A DNA stretch of 64,000 nt from Blastocladiella emersonii ATCC 22665 (lineage: Eukaryota > Fungi > Blastocladiomycota). The stretch lies in the NCBI GenBank assembly GCA_025594325.1, contig JANHCV010000017.1:372001-436000 (forward strand), written 5' to 3'. Under the pieces are notes generated by a model, which was given only the letters and a program-made list of their open reading frames with translations, was not told the origin of the DNA and did not search any database. Positions within the stretch are counted from its first letter, which is position 1. Every line of letters starts with the position of its first letter. The position numbers and the translations under genes were made by a program. Shown here one piece after another: positions 52,341 to 64,000 of this stretch.

Positions 52341-55301
52341 CAAAGTCCACGGTCCAATCAACGAGGTAAACAGCGAACTTGTCAAACTGCCAACCTGCCA
52401 ACCAAACACCCACGCCGCTTCTCAAGCCACGGTGGGCCCGCGCATTTGCGTTGCCGTCCCAGCCAACGAAGGAATGACTGATGAGCCCTGGTAGCCTGCT
52501 AGACTGACAGCCTGACAGCGCCCGCTCAGTTGCTATTATCTATCTCGTAGGTAGTCTGGGAGGAGTTCGTTAGTCGATACGCGACCAGTCTCCTCCTGGC
52601 TGCCCGCTCTGCTGCCATCTCCAAGGCCCGCATGAAGATGGGCCAGGGAGGTTTACGAGCATTTCCTATCTCTCCTCTCTCCGTGTGAAACCATTCACCC
52701 GCGGACGGATGCGCACCACGCACCGTGCACCGCGCACCGCGCACCGCGCACCGCGCACCGTGCACCGCGCACCGCGCACCGCGCACAGCGCACCGCGGAC
52801 AGCGCACCGCGGACAGCGCCCGATGCACCACACGCTGCGCACACGGCGCCAACGGCCACGCTGGTGTCACGCACACACACTCGCATGAACGGCAAGCAGG
52901 CAAGGCTTCCTCAACTCAACCATGATCCATCGTCCATGTCTGCTCGCTCCAACGGGTGCGCCTGCCTACCCTCCCAGTGCCATCGATTGATTGATTCATG
53001 TCCAGTGCTGCCCATGCTTTCATGGCCGCGGGGTCCGTCAGAACGCCTTGCAATGCGTGCGCCTGCATGCACCTGCACTGCAGAGCGCTGCAGAGGGCTG
53101 CACAGCGCTGCGGAGGGCTGCAGAGGGCTAAGGCGGCAGGGCTTCTCCTCCTGCAGGGGACAGTACCAAGGCCAAGGAGTGCTAGTGACTACTAACGGAA
53201 TGGTGATTGGCCCCCTTCACACGCTCCTGGCAGGACTGCGTGTGGGCGTGCGGGCGTTTGTGCGTGCGTGCCTTGATTCGTCCACCATCATACGCGCAAA
53301 GTGACCAAGTGACCAAGTGACCAAGTGACCAAGTGACCAAGTGACCAAGGTGACCAAGGTGACCAAGGTGACCAAGGTGACCAAGGTGACCAAGTGACAC
53401 ACAAGCACCAAGCTAGGGTGGCCGGGCGGCCATGGAACGTACTGCATGGGAACCATTACCGTGGACTGGCCGCGGCCATTTATCGCAGCACAGCCCTGCC
53501 TGGCTCAGGACGCGGCGGGCGTGGGAGGCAGGCAGGGTAGATCGGTAGCAGCAGCAGGACCTGGCTAGCTGGCTGTCAAACAACACAAGTGAAGGGGTGC
53601 GTGAGGGAGGGTGTGTTGAATGAATGGATGGGTGGATGCAGGCAGAGAGAGACCTTCGTACGTGTCGTGGGTGATGAGGATTGGTTGGCCACCATCCACC
53701 AACGCCATGGCATGGCTGCGGGTGTCGCTGCGTGCGCCTTGGCGGGTGGTGTTGGTGGGTGGGTGGTCTTGGTGGGTGCTGTGGTGGTAGTGGAGCTAGA
53801 GTGGTGCCGTGGGGCTCTTGGGGTCCCCTTTCCTTCCTGTCTGGCCTAGGTGGGTCGGCGGACGCAGCGCGCATGCGGGCAAGGTAACAACATTGCTCAC
53901 GCAATGGATCATGTATTTTATGGCAAGTAGTCTGCGAAGCAGAGACGGGGATGTCCGGCCCAATCGGACCCTCCACGGATCACAATATGCACGCAATGAA
54001 TTGACTGATGATAGGGATGTACCAAACCAGCCACGTAGACAATTGTCGTGGTTGTCGAACAAAACCATATTCAAATCTTTGGCAACGCGCCTGTCCAGCT
54101 AGCCAGGGACCCATGAATCACAGTATCGACCCAACAAGATATTAGACCATGGTAATATAGTAAACCAACCTCGTACATAATTGTCATGGTACTCAAACAA
54201 AACCATATTCAAGTCTTTGCTTTCCCGCATATCCAGCTGGCCAGGGACCCATAAATCACAGTATCGAACGAACAAGATATCTTACCATGGAAATATAGTT
54301 AACCAGCCACGCGGACAATTGTCATGGTACTCAATCGAGACCACATTCAAGTCTTTGCTCTCCCGCATGTCAAGCTGGTTGAAGGCCCATTAATCACAGT
54401 ATCGACCCAACAAGATATTTGACCATGGAAACATAGTAAACCAGCCACGCGGATAATTGTCATGGTACTCAATCAAAACCATATTCATATTTTTGCTTCC
54501 CCGCATGTCAAGCTGGTTGAAGACCCATTAATCACAGTATCGAACCAACAAAATATCTGACCATGGAAATATAGTTAACCAGCCACGCGGACAATTGTCA
54601 TGGTACTCAATCGAAACCACATTCAAGTCTTTGCTCTCCCGCATGTCAAGCTGGTTGAAGGCCCATAAATCACAGTATCGACCCAACAAGATATTTGACC
54701 ATGGAAATATAGTAAACCAGCCACGCGGATAATTGTCATGGTACTCAATCAAAACCATATTCAAGTCTTTGCTTTCCCGCACGTCCAGCTGGTTGAAGGC
54801 CCATAAATCACAGTATCGACCCAACAAAGTATCTGACAACCGAAATATAGCAGACAATCCACGCAGACAATTGTCATGCCACCTAATCAAAACCATATTC
54901 AAGTCTTTGCTTTCCCACATGTCAAGCTGGTTGAAGGCCCATAAATCACAGTATCGAACCAACGAAATATCTGACCATGGAAATATAGTAAAGCAGCCAC
55001 GCAGATAATTGTCATGGTACTTAATCAAAACCATATTCATATTTTTGCTTCCCCGCATGTCAAGCTGGTTGAAGGCCCATAAATCACAGTATCGAACGAA
55101 CAAGATATCTTACCATGGAAATATAGTTAACCAGCCACGCAAATGATTGTCATGCCACTTAATCAAAACCATACTCAAATGGTCGATTACCCTCACGTCC
55201 AAGCGGCCAAGGACCCAAACCGCCAGATACCCAAATCTACGACCACGTTGCGCACACTCCACTAGCCAACTCTTCGATCCCCTAATTATGGAGCCCGTCG
55301 T
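52341..55301. repeat. Unit U19 (2961 bp)
   Basis: 7-mer x17, 8-mer x5; 2236-equivalent=T. Confidence 0.97.
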
Positions 55302-58269
55302 CAAAGTCCACGGTCCAATCAACGAGGTAAACAGCGAACTTGTCAAACTGCCAACCTGCCAACCAAACACCCACGCCGCTTCTCAAGCCACGGTGGGCCC
55401 GCGCATTTGCGTTGCCGTCCCAGCCAACGAAGGAATGACTGATGAGCCCTGGTAGCCTGCTAGACTGACAGCCTGACAGCGCCCGCTCAGTTGCTATTAT
55501 CTATCTCGTAGGTAGTCTGGGAGGAGTTCGTTAGTCGATACGCGACCAGTCTCCTCCTGGCTGCCCGCTCTGCTGCCATCTCCAAGGCCCGCATGAAGAT
55601 GGGCCAGGGAGGTTTACGAGCATTTCCTATCTCTCCTCTCTCCGTGTGAAACCATTCACCCGCGGACGGATGCGCACCACGCACCGTGCACCGCGCACCG
55701 CGCACCGCGCACCGCGCACCGTGCACCGCGCACCGCGCACCGCGCACCGCGCACCGCGCACCGCGCACAGCGCACCGCGGACAGCGCCCGATGCACCACA
55801 CGCTGCGCACACGGCGCCAACGGCCACGCTGGTGTCACGCACACACACTCGCATGAACGGCAAGCAGGCAAGGCTTCCTCAACTCAACCATGATCCATCG
55901 TCCATGTCTGCTCGCTCCAACGGGTGCGCCTGCCTACCCTCCCAGTGCCATCGATTGATTGATTCATGTCCAGTGCTGCCCATGCTTTCATGGCCGCGGG
56001 GTCCGTCAGAACGCCTTGCAATGCGTGCGCCTGCATGCACCTGCACTGCAGAGCGCTGCAGAGGGCTGCACAGCGCTGCGGAGGGCTGCAGAGGGCTAAG
56101 GCGGCAGGGCTTCTCCTCCTGCAGGGGACAGTACCAAGGCCAAGGAGTGCTAGTGACTACTAACGGAATGGTGATTGGCCCCCTTCACACGCTCCTGGCA
56201 GGACTGCGTGTGGGCGTGCGGGCGTTTGTGCGTGCGTGCCTTGATTCGTCCACCATCATACGCGCAAAGTGACCAAGTGACCAAGTGACCAAGTGACCAA
56301 GTGACCAAGTGACCAAGGTGACCAAGGTGACCAAGGTGACCAAGGTGACCAAGGTGACCAAGTGACACACAAGCACCAAGCTAGGGTGGCCGGGCGGCCA
56401 TGGAACGTACTGCATGGGAACCATTACCGTGGACTGGCCGCGGCCATTTATCGCAGCACAGCCCTGCCTGGCTCAGGACGCGGCGGGCGTGGGAGGCAGG
56501 CAGGGTAGATCGGTAGCAGCAGCAGGACCTGGCTAGCTGGCTGTCAAACAACACAAGTGAAGGGGTGCGTGAGGGAGGGTGTGTTGAATGAATGGATGGG
56601 TGGATGCAGGCAGAGAGAGACCTTCGTACGTGTCGTGGGTGATGAGGATTGGTTGGCCACCATCCACCAACGCCATGGCATGGCTGCGGGTGTCGCTGCG
56701 TGCGCCTTGGCGGGTGGTGTTGGTGGGTGGGTGGTCTTGGTGGGTGCTGTGGTGGTAGTGGAGCTAGAGTGGTGCCGTGGGGCTCTTGGGGTCCCCTTTC
56801 CTTCCTGTCTGGCCTAGGTGGGTCGGCGGACGCAGCGCGCATGCGGGCAAGGTAACAACATTGCTCACGCAATGGATCATGTATTTTATGGCAAGTAGTC
56901 TGCGAAGCAGAGACGGGGATGTCCGGCCCAATCGGACCCTCCACGGATCACAATATGCACGCAATGAATTGACTGATGATAGGGATGTACCAAACCAGCC
57001 ACGTAGACAATTGTCGTGGTTGTCGAACAAAACCATATTCAAATCTTTGGCAACGCGCCTGTCCAGCTAGCCAGGGACCCATGAATCACAGTATCGACCC
57101 AACAAGATATTAGACCATGGTAATATAGTAAACCAACCTCGTACATAATTGTCATGGTACTCAAACAAAACCATATTCAAGTCTTTGCTTTCCCGCATAT
57201 CCAGCTGGCCAGGGACCCATAAATCACAGTATCGAACGAACAAGATATCTTACCATGGAAATATAGTTAACCAGCCACGCGGACAATTGTCATGGTACTC
57301 AATCGAGACCACATTCAAGTCTTTGCTCTCCCGCATGTCAAGCTGGTTGAAGGCCCATTAATCACAGTATCGACCCAACAAGATATTTGACCATGGAAAC
57401 ATAGTAAACCAGCCACGCGGATAATTGTCATGGTACTCAATCAAAACCATATTCATATTTTTGCTTCCCCGCATGTCAAGCTGGTTGAAGACCCATTAAT
57501 CACAGTATCGAACCAACAAAATATCTGACCATGGAAATATAGTTAACCAGCCACGCGGACAATTGTCATGGTACTCAATCGAAACCACATTCAAGTCTTT
57601 GCTCTCCCGCATGTCAAGCTGGTTGAAGGCCCATAAATCACAGTATCGACCCAACAAGATATTTGACCATGGAAATATAGTAAACCAGCCACGCGGATAA
57701 TTGTCATGGTACTCAATCAAAACCATATTCAAGTCTTTGCTTTCCCGCACGTCCAGCTGGTTGAAGGCCCATAAATCACAGTATCGACCCAACAAAGTAT
57801 CTGACAACCGAAATATAGCAGACAATCCACGCAGACAATTGTCATGCCACCTAATCAAAACCATATTCAAGTCTTTGCTTTCCCACATGTCAAGCTGGTT
57901 GAAGGCCCATAAATCACAGTATCGAACCAACGAAATATCTGACCATGGAAATATAGTAAAGCAGCCACGCAGATAATTGTCATGGTACTTAATCAAAACC
58001 ATATTCATATTTTTGCTTCCCCGCATGTCAAGCTGGTTGAAGGCCCATAAATCACAGTATCGAACGAACAAGATATCTTACCATGGAAATATAGTTAACC
58101 AGCCACGCAAATGATTGTCATGCCACTTAATCAAAACCATACTCAAATGGTCGATTACCCTCACGTCCAAGCGGCCAAGGACCCAAACCGCCAGATACCC
58201 AAATCTACGACCACGTTGCGCACACTCCACTAGCCAACTCTTCGATCCCCTAATTATGGAGCCCGTCGT
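55302..58269. repeat. Unit U20 (2968 bp)
   Basis: 7-mer x18; 2236-equivalent=T. Confidence 0.97.
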
Positions 58270-61216
58270 CAAAGTCCACGGTCCAATCAACGAGGTAAAC
58301 AGCGAACTTGTCAAACTGCCAACCTGCCAACCAAACACCCACGCCGCTTCTCAAGCCACGGTGGGCCCGCGCATTTGCGTTGCCGTCCCAGCCAACGAAG
58401 GAATGACTGATGAGCCCTGGTAGCCTGCTAGACTGACAGCCTGACAGCGCCCGCTCAGTTGCTATTATCTATCTCGTAGGTAGTCTGGGAGGAGTTCGTT
58501 AGTCGATACGCGACCAGTCTCCTCCTGGCTGCCCGCTCTGCTGCCATCTCCAAGGCCCGCATGAAGATGGGCCAGGGAGGTTTACGAGCATTTCCTATCT
58601 CTCCTCTCTCCGTGTGAAACCATTCACCCGCGGACGGATGCGCACCACGCACCGTGCACCGCGCACCGCGCACCGCGCACCGCGCACCGTGCACCGCGCA
58701 CAGCGCACCGCGGACAGCGCACCGCGGACAGCGCCCGATGCACCACACGCTGCGCACACGGCGCCAACGGCCACGCTGGTGTCACGCACACACACTCGCA
58801 TGAACGGCAAGCAGGCAAGGCTTCCTCAACTCAACCATGATCCATCGTCCATGTCTGCTCGCTCCAACGGGTGCGCCTGCTTACCCTCCCAGTGCCATCG
58901 ATTGATTGATTCATGTCCAGTGCTGCCCATGCTTTCATGGCCGCGGGGTCCGTCAGAACGCCTTGCAATGCGTGCGCCTGCATGCACCTGCACTGCAGAG
59001 CGCTGCAGAGGGCTGCACAGCGCTGCGGAGGGCTGCAGAGGGCTAAGGCGGCAGGGCTTCTCCTCCTGCAGGGGACAGTACCAAGGCCAAGGAGTGCTAG
59101 TGACTACTAACGGAATGGTGATTGGCCCCCTTCACACGCTCCTGGCAGGACTGCGTGTGGGCGTGCGGGCGTTTGTGCGTGCGTGCCTTGATTCGTCCAC
59201 CATCATACGCGCAAAGTGACCAAGTGACCAAGTGACCAAGTGACCAAGTGACCAAGTGACCAAGGTGACCAAGGTGACCAAGGTGACCAAGGTGACCAAG
59301 GTGACCAAGTGACACACAAGCACCAAGCTAGGGTGGCCGGGCGGCCATGGAACGTACTGCATGGGAACCATTACCGTGGACTGGCCGCGGCCATTTATCG
59401 CAGCACAGCCCTGCCTGGCTCAGGACGCGGCGGGCGTGGGAGGCAGGCAGGGTAGATCGGTAGCAGCAGCAGGACCTGGCTAGCTGGCTGTCAAACAACA
59501 CAAGTGAAGGGGTGCGTGAGGGAGGGTGTGTTGAATGAATGGATGGGTGGATGCAGGCAGAGAGAGACCTTCGTACGTGTCGTGGGTGATGAGGATTGGT
59601 TGGCCACCATCCACCAACGCCATGGCATGGCTGCGGGTGTCGCTGCGTGCGCCTTGGCGGGTGGTGTTGGTGGGTGGGTGGTCTTGGTGGGTGCTGTGGT
59701 GGTAGTGGAGCTAGAGTGGTGCCGTGGGGCTCTTGGGGTCCCCTTTCCTTCCTGTCTGGCCTAGGTGGGTCGGCGGACGCAGCGCGCATGCGGGCAAGGT
59801 AACAACATTGCTCACGCAATGGATCATGTATTTTATGGCAAGTAGTCTGCGAAGCAGAGACGGGGATGTCCGGCCCAATCGGACCCTCCACGGATCACAA
59901 TATGCACGCAATGAATTGACTGATGATAGGGATGTACCAAACCAGCCACGTAGACAATTGTCGTGGTTGTCGAACAAAACCATATTCAAATCTTTGGCAA
60001 CGCGCCTGTCCAGCTAGCCAGGGACCCATGAATCACAGTATCGACCCAACAAGATATTAGACCATGGTAATATAGTAAACCAACCTCGTACATAATTGTC
60101 ATGGTACTCAAACAAAACCATATTCAAGTCTTTGCTTTCCCGCATATCCAGCTGGCCAGGGACCCATAAATCACAGTATCGAACGAACAAGATATCTTAC
60201 CATGGAAATATAGTTAACCAGCCACGCGGACAATTGTCATGGTACTCAATCGAGACCACATTCAAGTCTTTGCTCTCCCGCATGTCAAGCTGGTTGAAGG
60301 CCCATTAATCACAGTATCGACCCAACAAGATATTTGACCATGGAAACATAGTAAACCAGCCACGCGGATAATTGTCATGGTACTCAATCAAAACCATATT
60401 CATATTTTTGCTTCCCCGCATGTCAAGCTGGTTGAAGACCCATTAATCACAGTATCGAACCAACAAAATATCTGACCATGGAAATATAGTTAACCAGCCA
60501 CGCGGACAATTGTCATGGTACTCAATCGAAACCACATTCAAGTCTTTGCTCTCCCGCATGTCAAGCTGGTTGAAGGCCCATAAATCACAGTATCGACCCA
60601 ACAAGATATTTGACCATGGAAATATAGTAAACCAGCCACGCGGATAATTGTCATGGTACTCAATCAAAACCATATTCAAGTCTTTGCTTTCCCGCACGTC
60701 CAGCTGGTTGAAGGCCCATAAATCACAGTATCGACCCAACAAAGTATCTGACAACCGAAATATAGCAGACAATCCACGCAGACAATTGTCATGCCACCTA
60801 ATCAAAACCATATTCAAGTCTTTGCTTTCCCACATGTCAAGCTGGTTGAAGGCCCATAAATCACAGTATCGAACCAACGAAATATCTGACCATGGAAATA
60901 TAGTAAAGCAGCCACGCAGATAATTGTCATGGTACTTAATCAAAACCATATTCATATTTTTGCTTCCCCGCATGTCAAGCTGGTTGAAGGCCCATAAATC
61001 ACAGTATCGAACGAACAAGATATCTTACCATGGAAATATAGTTAACCAGCCACGCAAATGATTGTCATGCCACTTAATCAAAACCATACTCAAATGGTCG
61101 ATTACCCTCACGTCCAAGCGGCCAAGGACCCAAACCGCCAGATACCCAAATCTACGACCACGTTGCGCACACTCCACTAGCCAACTCTTCGATCCCCTAA
61201 TTATGGAGCCCGTCGT
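58270..61216. repeat. Unit U21 (2947 bp)
   Basis: 7-mer x15 (variant arrangement with two ggacagc); C>T at 58881. Confidence 0.97.
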
Positions 61217-64000
61217 CAAAGTCCACGGTCCAATCAACGAGGTAAACAGCGAACTTGTCAAACTGCCAACCTGCCAACCAAACACCCACGCCGCTTCTCA
61301 AGCCACGGTGGGCCCGCGCATTTGCGTTGCCGTCCCAGCCAACGAAGGAATGACTGATGAGCCCTGGTAGCCTGCTAGACTGACAGCCTGACAGCGCCCG
61401 CTCAGTTGCTATTATCTATCTCGTAGGTAGTCTGGGAGGAGTTCGTTAGTCGATACGCGACCAGTCTCCTCCTGGCTGCCCGCTCTGCTGCCATCTCCAA
61501 GGCCCGCATGAAGATGGGCCAGGGAGGTTTACGAGCATTTCCTATCTCTCCTCTCTCCGTGTGAAACCATTCACCCGCGGACGGATGCGCACCACGCACC
61601 GTGCACCGCGCACCGCGCACCGCGCACCGCGCACCGTGCACCGCGCACAGCGCACCGCGGACAGCGCCCGATGCACCACACGCTGCGCACACGGCGCCAA
61701 CGGCCACGCTGGTGTCACGCACACACACTCGCATGAACGGCAAGCAGGCAAGGCTTCCTCAACTCAACCATGATCCATCGTCCATGTCTGCTCGCTCCAA
61801 CGGGTGCGCCTGCTTACCCTCCCAGTGCCATCGATTGATTGATTCATGTCCAGTGCTGCCCATGCTTTCATGGCCGCGGGGTCCGTCAGAACGCCTTGCA
61901 ATGCGTGCGCCTGCATGCACCTGCACTGCAGAGCGCTGCAGAGGGCTGCACAGCGCTGCGGAGGGCTGCAGAGGGCTAAGGCGGCAGGGCTTCTCCTCCT
62001 GCAGGGGACAGTACCAAGGCCAAGGAGTGCTAGTGACTACTAACGGAATGGTGATTGGCCCCCTTCACACGCTCCTGGCAGGACTGCGTGTGGGCGTGCG
62101 GGCGTTTGTGCGTGCGTGCCTTGATTCGTCCACCATCATACGCGCAAAGTGACCAAGTGACCAAGTGACCAAGTGACCAAGTGACCAAGTGACCAAGGTG
62201 ACCAAGGTGACCAAGGTGACCAAGGTGACCAAGGTGACCAAGTGACACACAAGCACCAAGCTAGGGTGGCCGGGCGGCCATGGAACGTACTGCATGGGAA
62301 CCATTACCGTGGACTGGCCGCGGCCATTTATCGCAGCACAGCCCTGCCTGGCTCAGGACGCGGCGGGCGTGGGAGGCAGGCAGGGTAGATCGGTAGCAGC
62401 AGCAGGACCTGGCTAGCTGGCTGTCAAACAACACAAGTGAAGGGGTGCGTGAGGGAGGGTGTGTTGAATGAATGGATGGGTGGATGCAGGCAGAGAGAGA
62501 CCTTCGTACGTGTCGTGGGTGATGAGGATTGGTTGGCCACCATCCACCAACGCCATGGCATGGCTGCGGGTGTCGCTGCGTGCGCCTTGGCGGGTGGTGT
62601 TGGTGGGTGGGTGGTCTTGGTGGGTGCTGTGGTGGTAGTGGAGCTAGAGTGGTGCCGTGGGGCTCTTGGGGTCCCCTTTCCTTCCTGTCTGGCCTAGGTG
62701 GGTCGGCGGACGCAGCGCGCATGCGGGCAAGGTAACAACATTGCTCACGCAATGGATCATGTATTTTATGGCAAGTAGTCTGCGAAGCAGAGACGGGGAT
62801 GTCCGGCCCAATCGGACCCTCCACGGATCACAATATGCACGCAATGAATTGACTGATGATAGGGATGTACCAAACCAGCCACGTAGACAATTGTCGTGGT
62901 TGTCGAACAAAACCATATTCAAATCTTTGGCAACGCGCCTGTCCAGCTAGCCAGGGACCCATGAATCACAGTATCGACCCAACAAGATATTAGACCATGG
63001 TAATATAGTAAACCAACCTCGTACATAATTGTCATGGTACTCAAACAAAACCATATTCAAGTCTTTGCTTTCCCGCATATCCAGCTGGCCAGGGACCCAT
63101 AAATCACAGTATCGAACGAACAAGATATCTTACCATGGAAATATAGTTAACCAGCCACGCGGACAATTGTCATGGTACTCAATCGAGACCACATTCAAGT
63201 CTTTGCTCTCCCGCATGTCAAGCTGGTTGAAGGCCCATTAATCACAGTATCGACCCAACAAGATATTTGACCATGGAAACATAGTAAACCAGCCACGCGG
63301 ATAATTGTCATGGTACTCAATCAAAACCATATTCATATTTTTGCTTCCCCGCATGTCAAGCTGGTTGAAGACCCATTAATCACAGTATCGAACCAACAAA
63401 ATATCTGACCATGGAAATATAGTTAACCAGCCACGCGGACAATTGTCATGGTACTCAATCGAAACCACATTCAAGTCTTTGCTCTCCCGCATGTCAAGCT
63501 GGTTGAAGGCCCATAAATCACAGTATCGACCCAACAAGATATTTGACCATGGAAATATAGTAAACCAGCCACGCGGATAATTGTCATGGTACTCAATCAA
63601 AACCATATTCAAGTCTTTGCTTTCCCGCACGTCCAGCTGGTTGAAGGCCCATAAATCACAGTATCGACCCAACAAAGTATCTGACAACCGAAATATAGCA
63701 GACAATCCACGCAGACAATTGTCATGCCACCTAATCAAAACCATATTCAAGTCTTTGCTTTCCCACATGTCAAGCTGGTTGAAGGCCCATAAATCACAGT
63801 ATCGAACCAACGAAATATCTGACCATGGAAATATAGTAAAGCAGCCACGCAGATAATTGTCATGGTACTTAATCAAAACCATATTCATATTTTTGCTTCC
63901 CCGCATGTCAAGCTGGTTGAAGGCCCATAAATCACAGTATCGAACGAACAAGATATCTTACCATGGAAATATAGTTAACCAGCCACGCAAATGATTGTCA
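61217..64000. repeat. Unit U22 (partial, cut by window end)
   Basis: 7-mer x13; C>T at 61814; truncated inside the ninth 138-bp monomer. Confidence 0.97.

Larger units (their letters stand above)
1..64000. repeat. Tandem macrosatellite, ~2.95-kb unit, ~21.9 copies, extends beyond both window edges
   Basis: The window's opening sequence (caaagtccacggtcc...) recurs at 2962, 5929, 8834 ... 61217. The same ORF set recurs with periods of 2669-2968 bp. All copies are in the same orientation with no unique interruption. Confidence 0.99.

Noticed and set aside
1-64000. Array as a pure assembly duplication artefact
   Set aside because: Units carry block-structured, biologically coherent variants (precise monomer deletions, a conversion tract, neighbour-shared SNPs). 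Exact copy number and order still need read confirmation.

Overview
The whole window lies inside one head-to-tail tandem array (macrosatellite) of a ~2.95-kb unit. It holds 21 complete units plus a partial 22nd (2669-2968 bp each), and neither end of the array is visible. Units are nearly identical: by eye I found only six sets of substitution variants, and all length differences come from copy-number changes in nested repeats. Each unit contains a GC-rich part (7-mer, 10-mer and 8/9-mer minisatellites, GC palindromes, a G/T-rich tract) and a ~43% GC array of nine 138-bp monomers with a partial 276-bp dimer structure. I recognise no protein-coding gene, rRNA, tRNA, spliceosomal snRNA, CRISPR array or transposon domain. 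The ORF track reflects low-complexity repeats recurring once per unit. The style of sequence suggests a eukaryote (inference; taxon not identifiable). Best leads: (1) an unexplained, extremely homogeneous 3-kb array whose variants record local turnover, recombination and gene conversion; (2) a ~100-nt segment in each unit with spliced-leader-RNA-like layout (speculative); (3) the 138/276-bp sub-array with a palindrome in alternate monomers. Unit boundaries are arbitrary (U1 = 1-2961). The variant list was made by eye and is not exhaustive.
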